Assembly: GCF_000284115.1 (NCBI RefSeq)
Contig: NC_017080.1
Span: forward strand, 2,970,001 to 3,002,000
Direction: 5' to 3'
DNA: 32,000 bases
DNA from: Phycisphaera mikurensis NBRC 102666
GTDB lineage: Bacteria > Planctomycetota > Phycisphaerae > Phycisphaerales > Phycisphaeraceae
Below, piece by piece: positions 9,049 to 16,281 of the stretch (position 1 is its first letter; each line of letters opens with the position of its first letter). The position numbers and the translations under genes are program-made. Under the pieces are notes generated by a model, which saw only the letters and a program-made list of their open reading frames with translations, was not told where the DNA came from and ran no database searches.

Positions 9049-9813
9049 ATGAGCAACGAGACGCGAGCGGCTTTGGTGACGGGGGCTTCGGCGGGGATCG
9101 GGCGGTCGACGGCGATCGCCCTGGCCGAAGCCGGGATGCGGGTGGTGGTCTCCGCGCGGCGGGCGGAAGCGCTCGCGACCCTGGTGGAGGAGATCGAGAC
9201 GGCGGGCGGGCAGGCCGACGCGGTCGTCGCCGACCTCGCCACCATCGGCGGCGTCGACGCGATGTGGTCCGAGGCCTGCGGGCTGCTGCACGGCCCGCCG
9301 GGGGTGGTGATCGCCAACGCCGGGCACGGGCTCCAGGGCGGGGTGCTGTCCTCGGACCGCTCCAAGTGGGAGAACATGATCGCGCTCAACTACACGGGCT
9401 GCGTCCACCTGATGCGGCTGGCGGCCGGAGCCCAGGCCGACGCCATCGAGGCGGACGACGCGCCCTCGGGCGACGTGGTGGTGCTCGGCAGCGTGAGCGG
9501 GATCCACGTCTCCCCCTTCTCGGGCATGTACGGCTCCACGAAGTTCGCCGTGACCGCCGCGGCCGAGGCGCTCCGCCGCGAGGTGGGTCCGCGGCGGGTG
9601 CGGGTCTCGGTCATCAAGCCCGGGATCGTGCGGAGCGAGTTCCAGGAGGTCGCCGGGTACGACGAGGAGACCTTCGGCAAGGCGGTGGCGAAGTTCGGCG
9701 ACATGCTCACGCCGGAGGACGTCGCCCGCACGATCCGCTTCGTCGTGACGCAGCCGCCCAACGTCCACGTGAACGACGTGGTGATCCGGCCGGTGGGGCA
9801 GGACTACCCCTAA
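9049..9813 (+). CDS. short-chain dehydrogenase/reductase (SDR) family oxidoreductase
   Basis: ALVTGASAGIGRSTAIALAEAG contains TGxxxGIG. NAGHG matches the NNAG-like block. GSVSG...YGSTKFAVTAAAEALRRE contains the S...YxxxK catalytic triad. Confidence 0.9.
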   Translation: MSNETRAALVTGASAGIGRSTAIALAEAGMRVVVSARRAEALATLVEEIETAGGQADAVVADLATIGGVDAMWSEACGLLHGPPGVVIANAGHGLQGGVLSSDRSKWENMIALNYTGCVHLMRLAAGAQADAIEADDAPSGDVVVLGSVSGIHVSPFSGMYGSTKFAVTAAAEALRREVGPRRVRVSVIKPGIVRSEFQEVAGYDEETFGKAVAKFGDMLTPEDVARTIRFVVTQPPNVHVNDVVIRPVGQDYP

Positions 9814-9964
9814 GACGCGCCCGGCGAGCGTCCGGACGCACTGGGTGCCGAGCATCCGGCCTCAGGAGATGCGCAGATGGTCGAGCCCCGGCGGGCGTGG
9901 CACCCCGACCCGGATTGTCTCGGGTGTCCGTCTTGGTTCGAAACGCGTCGGAGGCGCCCGGCTC

Positions 9965-10372
9965 TCAGGCCGCGGCCGCCAGCGGCGCGGCGAACCGGAA
10001 GCCGATCTCGAAGCAGACCTCGGCGCCCTCGCCGACCTGGCCGATCCGGCGGCACCAGGCGACGTTCGCGGGCGCGACGAAGCCGCGGCCGTCGTCGAGC
10101 TGCATCGCCAGCGTCACCGGCTCGCCGGTGTTCAACGCCTCGTTGTGCAGGACCGACACGCCGCCGCGGCCGGAGTTGCGGGTCATCACCTCGTGCACGG
10201 CGTGGCCGCCCGCACCGTCGGCCACGCGGAGCATGCAGGGGCGCTGCCGGTCGCTGCGTGGGACGTCGCGCGGGACGCCGCCGCGGTCGGCGGCGGTCCG
10301 CTCGCCGAGCAGCGCTTGCTCGTGGCTGATCCGCTGCAGAGCCTCGGTCCAGTCGCTTTCTTGGAGTCTCAT
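9965..10372 (-). CDS. PilZ-like domain protein (putative c-di-GMP receptor), paralogue 1
   Basis: 135 aa. It has RDVPRSDRQRP (RxxxR-type arginine cluster) followed by ...VMTRNSGRGGVSVL, which aligns to the PilZ (D/N)hSxxG block with Gly in place of Ser. GGAGGGGG lies 5' of the ATG. It is a paralogue of 10712-11230 (shared MRxxxSDxxW...RI N-terminus and beta-barrel pattern). Confidence 0.55.
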   Translation of the reverse strand: MRLQESDWTEALQRISHEQALLGERTAADRGGVPRDVPRSDRQRPCMLRVADGAGGHAVHEVMTRNSGRGGVSVLHNEALNTGEPVTLAMQLDDGRGFVAPANVAWCRRIGQVGEGAEVCFEIGFRFAAPLAAAA

Positions 10373-10411
10373 GCCCCCTCCATCGGCTCAAGGAGCCTCG
10401 CTCTGTGGCAT

Positions 10412-10748
10412 TCAGGCGGCGATGGGGCCGATGTTCACCGGCGCATCGGACTGTTTCTCGGGTGCGGCGAGCCGCACCGGCCTCCCCTGCGGGATCGGCC
10501 ACAGCGCGTCCTCAGGCGGCGATGGGGCCGATGTTTACCGGCGCATCGGGCTGTTTCTCGGGTGCGGCGAGCCGCACCGGCCTCCCCTGCGGGATCGGCC
10601 ACAGCGCGTCCTCAGGCGGCGATGGGGCCGATATTCACCGGCGCATCGGGCTGTTTCTCGGGTGCGGCGAGCCGCACCGGCCTCCCCTGCGGGATCGGCC
10701 ACAGCGCGTCCTCAGGCGGCGATGGGGCCGATGTTCACCGGCGCATCG
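10412..10748. repeat. tandem 100-bp repeat: three complete intergenic units plus the founding copy formed by the 3' end of the PilZ-like gene
   Basis: TCAGGCGGCGATGGGGCCGAT starts at 10412, 10512, 10612 and 10712. The three full units differ at only 3 positions. The first 37 nt of each unit equal the last 11 codons plus stop codon of CDS 10712-11230. The remaining 63 nt contain the hairpin GGTGCGGC-GA-GCCGCACC. Confidence 0.95.
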
Positions 10749-11230
10749 AATTGGACGCCCACGTCGAAGAGTTCGGGGTCGCGGTCGGTGACGTCCAGGC
10801 CGCGGCACCAGACGACGCGGCCGCTGAGCACCCAGCCCAAGCCGGAACCGTCGTCGGGCTCGAGCACGGCGGTGCAGGGCGTCCCCGGCCGCACGTGGCT
10901 GCCGTGGACGAAGCCGATGCCGCCTTCGCCGACGTTGCGGGTGCGGACGACGAAGGTGCCGTGCGCGTCGTCGTCGTGGCCGCTCTGGGCCGTCAGGCGG
11001 ATCATGCAGCGGAAGTCGCCGGCGATGCGGGCGTGGCTGCGGGCTCCGGTCGCCGGGGTCATCCGCTCGGCGTAGCTGCCGAGCGACTCGGTGCTGGCGC
11101 GGGTGATCCGCTCGAGCATCTGACGCCACTGCAGGTCGGAGACCCAGATCCGCATCGTGTCGACGCCGGCGCCGCCGGTGTCGAGATCGGCGTCGACGGT
11201 GCGGGTGGGGGCGGTCGAGATCTGCAACAT
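10712..11230 (-). CDS. PilZ-like domain protein (putative c-di-GMP receptor), paralogue 2
   Basis: The start MLQISTAPT... at ATG 11230 is preceded by AAGGAG 6 nt upstream (the track ORF extends to 11422). It has RSHAR (RxxxR) and, 31 aa later, RTRNVGEGGIGFV (the (D/N)hSxxG-like block with S replaced by G). The C-terminus is ...VGVQFDAPVNIGPIAA. Confidence 0.6.
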   Translation of the reverse strand: MLQISTAPTRTVDADLDTGGAGVDTMRIWVSDLQWRQMLERITRASTESLGSYAERMTPATGARSHARIAGDFRCMIRLTAQSGHDDDAHGTFVVRTRNVGEGGIGFVHGSHVRPGTPCTAVLEPDDGSGLGWVLSGRVVWCRGLDVTDRDPELFDVGVQFDAPVNIGPIAA

Positions 11231-11458
11231 GGGGGCTCCTTCTCCGTGGTGCCCGTCCGGCGCGGGCGTGCTCGTGGTTTCGGCTGGAAGCCCCGGCCGC
11301 TGAAGCGACGCGGCCCGGAGGCGGCGCGATCCGCACGCGCAGGCGGCAGCCGCGTCACAGAGCGACGCGGCCGGCTCCTCCGGTTCCTTCTCCTGCGTCG
11401 CCGGCCTCGCCGCCCGCCGCACGCCGGATCCGGCCGCGAGCGGCGGACCGCAGCGGCT

Positions 11459-11480
11459 CCCCCCCCCCCCCCCGCCCCCC
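11459..11480. repeat. homopolymer tract C15-G-C6 (G6-C-G15 on the minus strand)
   Basis: Read directly: 15 consecutive C (11459-11473), one G, then 6 C (11475-11480). It lies 8 nt downstream of the stop of the minus-strand PEP-CTERM gene and about 230 nt upstream of the PilZ-like paralogue 2 start. Confidence 0.9.
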
Positions 11481-11488
11481 GCGTGCCC

Positions 11489-12232
11489 TCAGGCCCGGCG
11501 GCGGCGGGCGGCGAGGCCGGCGAGGACGACCAGCCCCGCGCCGGCGGCGGCCGGGGTCGGCACGACGGCGGCCTCGGTCGTCACGACCTCGTCGACGACC
11601 CCCGAGCCGCCGAGGGCGACGATGGCGGAGTCGAAGGAGGCGGCGCCGGCGAGCTCGGCCGAGAAGGCCGCGATGCGGTTCGCGGTGTTGTTGCCGAAGG
11701 CCACCGACGGGTCGAAGTGGGCCGAGCCGGGGGTCACCAGGTCGGCGAAATCGACGCGGAGGACCTCCTCCCCGCCGGAGAAGGCGGCGACGAAGTAGCC
11801 GGTGTCGGTGGTGAACTCGGAGGGTCCCTCGACGTCAACCACGGTGAAGCCGAAGGCGCCGATGGGCTCGGCGAAGTCGAAGCGCAGGTGCCCGGCCGGG
11901 CGGCGGAACTCCAGGATCCGGAAGGCGTCGGGGCCCTGGATCGCGATCCCGTTGCCGAGGTCGGTGCCCGCGGCGACGTTGCCGCCGCCGTCGAAGGGCG
12001 CCTGCTGGCCGCCGTAGGCGAGCTCGGGATGGCCGTCGAAGTCGTAGGCGACGGCGCTGCCGGGGGCGTCGTCGCTGGCGTTGAAGGCGGTGACGGTGAC
12101 GCCGCCGCCGAGATCGGACAGCGACGACCCGGCTTCGATGTCGTCGAAGTCGATGGTCGCGGCGGCGGCCGGGAGGCCGGCCACGGCCGGGAGGGCGAGG
12201 GCGGCGAGGAGCGCGGGGGCGGGGCGGGGCAT
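11489..12232 (-). CDS. PEP-CTERM-type sorting-domain secreted protein
   Basis: The signal peptide is MPRPAPALLAALALPAVAGLPAAAA, from the internal ATG at 12232. The mature N-terminus ATIDFDD is typical of PEP-CTERM proteins. The C-terminus VPTPAAAGAGLVVLAGLAARRRRA combines a Pro-x-Pro motif, a TM helix and an Arg cluster. Confidence 0.75.
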   Translation of the reverse strand: MPRPAPALLAALALPAVAGLPAAAATIDFDDIEAGSSLSDLGGGVTVTAFNASDDAPGSAVAYDFDGHPELAYGGQQAPFDGGGNVAAGTDLGNGIAIQGPDAFRILEFRRPAGHLRFDFAEPIGAFGFTVVDVEGPSEFTTDTGYFVAAFSGGEEVLRVDFADLVTPGSAHFDPSVAFGNNTANRIAAFSAELAGAASFDSAIVALGGSGVVDEVVTTEAAVVPTPAAAGAGLVVLAGLAARRRRA

Positions 12233-12373
12233 GCAGGATTCCGGGGGTGGGAGACGCGGGCGAGAGCGGCGGCCAGGTTGCCGCGTGTTCATCGCCCCGC
12301 CCCGCCCCCGCGGGGAACCTCCGAGCCCGCTGAGCGTTATCGGACGCCCGCCGCCGGCCGCCGGCTGGTTTTC

Positions 12374-12400
12374 GGACGCGGACCGCGCCCGGCCGCGTCC
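12374..12400 (-). terminator. GC-rich hairpin 29 nt downstream of the oxidoreductase stop; possible U-tract-less intrinsic terminator
   Basis: GGACGCGG (12374-12381) and CCGCGTCC (12393-12400) form an 8-bp stem around an 11-nt loop. No T-run follows on the minus strand (GAAAACC), so terminator function is only inferred from position. Confidence 0.3.
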
Positions 12401-12428
12401 CCGCCGCCGCGCCTCCGGCTCGGCCCGG

Positions 12429-14885
12429 TCAGCGGATCTTCCTGCCGTTCACGGTGACCTCGCCCTCGGCGATGTTGACCGGGCTGCTCGCCAGCCAGGC
12501 GGGATCGACCCCGGCCGGCTCCCCCGTCGCCCGGTCGATCGTCCCGAAGCTCAGCACGCCCGTCGGGCACATCTGCACGCAGGCGGAGCACCGCACGCAC
12601 TGCGGGTCGGCCATGGGCTCGCCCTTGTTGGCGAAGCTCATGACGTCGATGCCCTGGTGGCACACCGACGTGCAGACGTTGCAGGAGATGCACTTCTTCT
12701 TGTCCGCGAGGATGCGGAACTTGCTGAAACGCGCGTAGACGTGCATGAGCGCCGCCAGCGGGCAGGCGAAGCGGCACCACACGCGGCCGGAGAAGTGGAA
12801 GTACATCGCCACGCCCAGGATCCCGGCCCAGAGCAGGTCGACGCCCCACGCCCAGCTGATGACCGGAGCCGAGGAGGAGAGCCACCGGAAGGCGTTCCCG
12901 GCGAAGTTTCCCTCCGGCAGCACCCAGCCGACGACGCGTAGCGCGAGGAGGATGATCGCGAAGAGCAGGATCGCCTGTCCGATCATGTTCATCCGGTTCC
13001 AGAAGGGCCCGTGCGGCATCTTGTGCCGCTGCGTGTCGCCGAGCGTCTCGGCGAGTGCGCCGCACGAGCAGATCCAGCCGCAGTAGGAGCCTTTGCCCCA
13101 GAAGTAGATCATCGCGGGGATCGCGACGAAGGTCTGCAGGGCACCGAGGATCAGCCAGCCGAAGAGCGGCTCGGCGGTGAACCAGTTCCAGGCCATCAGC
13201 GGCCAGGCGAGGATGAAGCCGTACGCCCGCCAGTACTCGCGGCCGTGCCCGTAGTCGGCCCGCGGGAAGAACGTGTCGGCCAGCGAGCCGAGCCACCCGC
13301 TCTCGAACCAGCCGTTGTGCCCCGCCCAGGGCAGCAGGATCTCCGGGAGCAGGAACAGCGGGACGATCTGGATCACCGCCAGGGTGATCGTCTGCAGCTT
13401 CACGTACGGCGTTTTCCGCCGCCGGACCCGCCGGACGCCGAAGATCACGACGACGACGCAGTACGCGAGCGTGTAGTAGAAGCCCCGCCCCGAAGCGGAC
13501 AGAGCGATGGTCCCGCCGAGGTTGGAGAGGTCGCTGAAGTACGCGCCCACCGCGTTCTGAAGCCCCTGCACCGCGTCCCAGAACCACTTGGGTTCGGGCA
13601 GCAGCCACGCGGGCAGCTTCAGCGCCTCGATGTTGAAGAGCGGCTCGCCCTTGGTCCAGTGGTACATCCACGTGAAGAACAAGAGCGAGGCGACCAGCGT
13701 GACCCACCACTTCGCGTTCTTCTCGCCGAGGATGTCCACGCCGCTCTTGCGGAAGAACGCCAGCGGGGCCTCGCGGCCGATCATCGCGTAGACGGTGTCG
13801 TTCTTCAGCGTCCGCGTCTGGCCGTCGGCTTTCTTCAAGTCGACCTCGCCCTCGCGGATCTCCTCGATGTTGCTGCCCATCTCCAGCTGGAGGCAACCCT
13901 CGCAGGGCTTGCCTTCCTCCCGCTGGTCCTCCACGTGCACGCCGGCCATCCGCACGTCGCTGGGGCTCTCCACCCGGGCGGAGGCTTCGGGGTTCCGGGC
14001 CAGCGCCAGCAGCATCTCGCGGTTCTCGGGCTTGGGCCGGTTGAACTCGGGCTTGCGGTAGCTGAGCGTCACGTCGGCGCCGGCCTTGGTGCAGGCGATG
14101 GCCGCCTCCATGGCGGAGTCGCCGCCGCCGACGATCAGGACGCGCTTCCCCGTGGTGTCTCTCGGGTCGAAGAGGCGGTTGAAGACGCGGCCGTCGATCT
14201 CCTCGCCGGGCACGCCCAGCTTGCGGTAGTTGCCGCTGCGGCCGATCGCGACGACGACCTTCTTCGCCTTCACCCGCTGGGTTTGGGTGATCCACGAGAG
14301 GCCGTTGAGGTGCTGGCCCTCCGGCGGGCGGGCGCGTTCGGGCAGGACCAGCTCGAAGCGGCCGCCCTTCTTCTCGACGTGGTCGACCTTCCCGACGGCC
14401 CAGTGCAGGCCCCGGTCGACGGTCTGCTCGCGGAGGTCTTCCAGCAGGCCCTCCTTCACGTCGGACTTGTCGTGGAACGCGAGTCCGCCCTCGAGTTCGA
14501 GGCCGGTGGGGTACTTGTAGATCGGCTTGCCCCGGGGGAAGTTGACGATCGTGGAGAAGGGCTCGCTGGCCTCGAACACGCAGTAGGACAGGCCCAGCGC
14601 CTCGGCCTCGCGGGCGGCCGCGAAGCCGGAGGTGCCGCCGCCGACGATGGCCACGTCCAGCACGCCGTCCTCGCCGCCGCCGGGCAGCTCTTCCTTGATC
14701 TTGCGGATCACCCCGACGCCGGCGTTGACCGACAGCTTGAGCAGCGGGACGCCGGAGAGGTCGCCGACGACGTAGAGGCCCGGGACGTTCGTGCCGCCGT
14801 CGGCATCGACCACCGGCAGCACCTCCGGCTTGCCGGCGGGCCACTTCGTGTGCAGCCAATGCGTGTACCGGGCGATCGGATTCAT
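12429..14885 (-). CDS. fusion protein: FAD/NAD(P)-binding pyridine-nucleotide-disulfide-type oxidoreductase plus polytopic NapH/MauN-like 4Fe-4S membrane domain
   Basis: The start MNPIARYTHWLHTKWP at ATG 14885 has GAGGTGG upstream (the track ORF extends to 15125). There are two Rossmann motifs (DVAIVGGGTSGFAAA, VLIVGGGDSAMEAA). A long hydrophobic region follows with GSYCGWICSCGAL and GRVWCRFACPLAAL, then two ferredoxin motifs, CISCNVCTSVCHQG and CVRCSACVQMCPTG. Confidence 0.8.
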   Translation of the reverse strand: MNPIARYTHWLHTKWPAGKPEVLPVVDADGGTNVPGLYVVGDLSGVPLLKLSVNAGVGVIRKIKEELPGGGEDGVLDVAIVGGGTSGFAAAREAEALGLSYCVFEASEPFSTIVNFPRGKPIYKYPTGLELEGGLAFHDKSDVKEGLLEDLREQTVDRGLHWAVGKVDHVEKKGGRFELVLPERARPPEGQHLNGLSWITQTQRVKAKKVVVAIGRSGNYRKLGVPGEEIDGRVFNRLFDPRDTTGKRVLIVGGGDSAMEAAIACTKAGADVTLSYRKPEFNRPKPENREMLLALARNPEASARVESPSDVRMAGVHVEDQREEGKPCEGCLQLEMGSNIEEIREGEVDLKKADGQTRTLKNDTVYAMIGREAPLAFFRKSGVDILGEKNAKWWVTLVASLLFFTWMYHWTKGEPLFNIEALKLPAWLLPEPKWFWDAVQGLQNAVGAYFSDLSNLGGTIALSASGRGFYYTLAYCVVVVIFGVRRVRRRKTPYVKLQTITLAVIQIVPLFLLPEILLPWAGHNGWFESGWLGSLADTFFPRADYGHGREYWRAYGFILAWPLMAWNWFTAEPLFGWLILGALQTFVAIPAMIYFWGKGSYCGWICSCGALAETLGDTQRHKMPHGPFWNRMNMIGQAILLFAIILLALRVVGWVLPEGNFAGNAFRWLSSSAPVISWAWGVDLLWAGILGVAMYFHFSGRVWCRFACPLAALMHVYARFSKFRILADKKKCISCNVCTSVCHQGIDVMSFANKGEPMADPQCVRCSACVQMCPTGVLSFGTIDRATGEPAGVDPAWLASSPVNIAEGEVTVNGRKIR

Positions 14886-14988
14886 GGAGCCACCTCGAAG
14901 AAAGCGTGCGGCCGGACCGTACCGGCAACACGCCGGCGCCCCGCGGACCCGCCGGCCGCCGGGCAGTCGCTCGTTGCGGACGGATCTT

Positions 14989-16266
14989 TCAGGCCTCGGG
15001 CCGGCTGTACCGGTTGGTGGCGACGGCCAGCACCGCCTGCCGCATCTCCTCGATGGGCGTGTGGCTGCCCTCCCGCACCAGCCGCTCGATGAAGCGCTCG
15101 CGGAGGCGGAGGAACTGCCGCTCACGCAGCGTCTGCTCGATCGCGGCCTGGGCCTGGAGCAGGGTCTGGCGGTCGGGACGCTCGACCGCGGCGGCCTCCA
15201 CGAACCAGAAGCGTTCGCCGCCGCCGGGGCCGGGCTGGCCGATCGGCCCGGCCCAATCGCCGGGCTCGTCGAGCGCGGCGACCGCGGCGTCCACCGCCGG
15301 GCGCCCGAAGGGCTCGTCGCCGACGATGGTCTGCATCATCCCGCCGGTCCAGCGGTTGTCGGTCTTGGGATCGGTCGCGACCGCGTCGAAGGGCTCGCCC
15401 GCGGCGAGCCGCTCCCGCACGGATCCGGCCGCGGCCGCGTCGTCGACCCAGATCAGGCCGAGGTCGCGGGTGGCGGGCGGGTTGAAGGTCTCGCGGTTCT
15501 GCCGGTAGAAGCGTTCCACGTCGCGGCGGGTGACGTTGATGCGGGCGTTGAGGTTCTGGCGGATGTAGTTGTCGGTGATGAGGCCGTCGCGGTACTGGCG
15601 GAGCGTCTCGTCCAGCGAGATCCCCGTGGTTTCCTGCAGCTCGCGGCGGGCGACGGCGAGCGAGCCGCGGCCGTGCCGGCGGAGCAGGTCCTCCCGACGC
15701 TGGCCCACCATCACCCGCACGCCCGCCCGCTGGTTGTCGGTGAGGTTGCGCTCGGCCTCACCGAGGATCAGCGCATTGACGAGGCGTTCGCGGAGGCTGG
15801 CCTCGATGATCTCGCCGGCCCGCTCGCGAAACACCGCCGGCTCGAGCCGGCGGCCGAGCGCGGCGAGCTGCGCATCGAGGTCGGCGAGCAGGTCGTCGGC
15901 GAAGACGGGCTGGCCGTTGATCTGGCCGACCATCGCGTCGAGCACGAGCGGTCCGCCGGGAGCGGGAGCGTCCGGCGACCGGCCGGGGCCCGCGGGAGCC
16001 TCTTCGGTGTCGCCGCGCTCCGCGGGACCCGGCGGCACCGGCGGGGCGATCGCCGGCGCGGGCTCGGAAGCTAGCTCGGCCGCGGCGGATTGGACCGCGG
16101 CCAGCTCCCCCCGCTCGTCGCCGGCGAAGTCCGCCGGCCGCACCGCGCGGACGCCGGCGCCGCCGCAACCGGCCAGGAGAAGGCCGCACGACGCCACCGC
16201 CACCGCGGCCGTCGCACCCCCGAAGGAGCGCCGGCGGTTGGGGTTGGGGCTGAGCCGGATCCGCAT
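14989..16266 (-). CDS. lipoprotein with SurA-N/parvulin-like (PpiC-type PPIase-like) architecture, putative periplasmic chaperone
   Basis: The lipobox is ...AVASCGLLLAGCGG. It is followed by an Ala/Pro-rich linker and then a SurA/PrsA-like layout: VGQINGQPVFADDLL..., INVTRRDVERFYRQNRETF, and a degenerate parvulin-like block RDLGLIWVDD...AAGEPFDAVA...GGMMQTIVGDEPFGRPAVDAAVAAL. Domain assignment is by eye only. Confidence 0.5.
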   Translation of the reverse strand: MRIRLSPNPNRRRSFGGATAAVAVASCGLLLAGCGGAGVRAVRPADFAGDERGELAAVQSAAAELASEPAPAIAPPVPPGPAERGDTEEAPAGPGRSPDAPAPGGPLVLDAMVGQINGQPVFADDLLADLDAQLAALGRRLEPAVFRERAGEIIEASLRERLVNALILGEAERNLTDNQRAGVRVMVGQRREDLLRRHGRGSLAVARRELQETTGISLDETLRQYRDGLITDNYIRQNLNARINVTRRDVERFYRQNRETFNPPATRDLGLIWVDDAAAAGSVRERLAAGEPFDAVATDPKTDNRWTGGMMQTIVGDEPFGRPAVDAAVAALDEPGDWAGPIGQPGPGGGERFWFVEAAAVERPDRQTLLQAQAAIEQTLRERQFLRLRERFIERLVREGSHTPIEEMRQAVLAVATNRYSRPEA

Positions 16267-16281
16267 GGGGGCGAGGGTAGA

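Noticed and set aside
9925-9950. tRNA-like T-loop sequence (TGGTTCGAAAC)
   Set aside because: The flanking sequence cannot be folded into T-arm, anticodon or acceptor stems, and there is no cloverleaf. This is a chance match in the convergent intergenic spacer.
10412-10748. Diversity-generating retroelement (template/variable repeat) explanation for copies of the PilZ gene 3' end
   Set aside because: No reverse transcriptase or accessory gene is present. The homology covers only 37 nt. The copies are near-identical and show no adenine-specific substitutions.
10373-11458. c-di-GMP riboswitch (GEMM-like) in the leaders of the PilZ-like genes
   Set aside because: I could not find the conserved GNRA-tetraloop/receptor arrangement or the conserved core of either c-di-GMP riboswitch class by eye. 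Only generic GC hairpins are present. A covariance-model scan would be needed to be certain.
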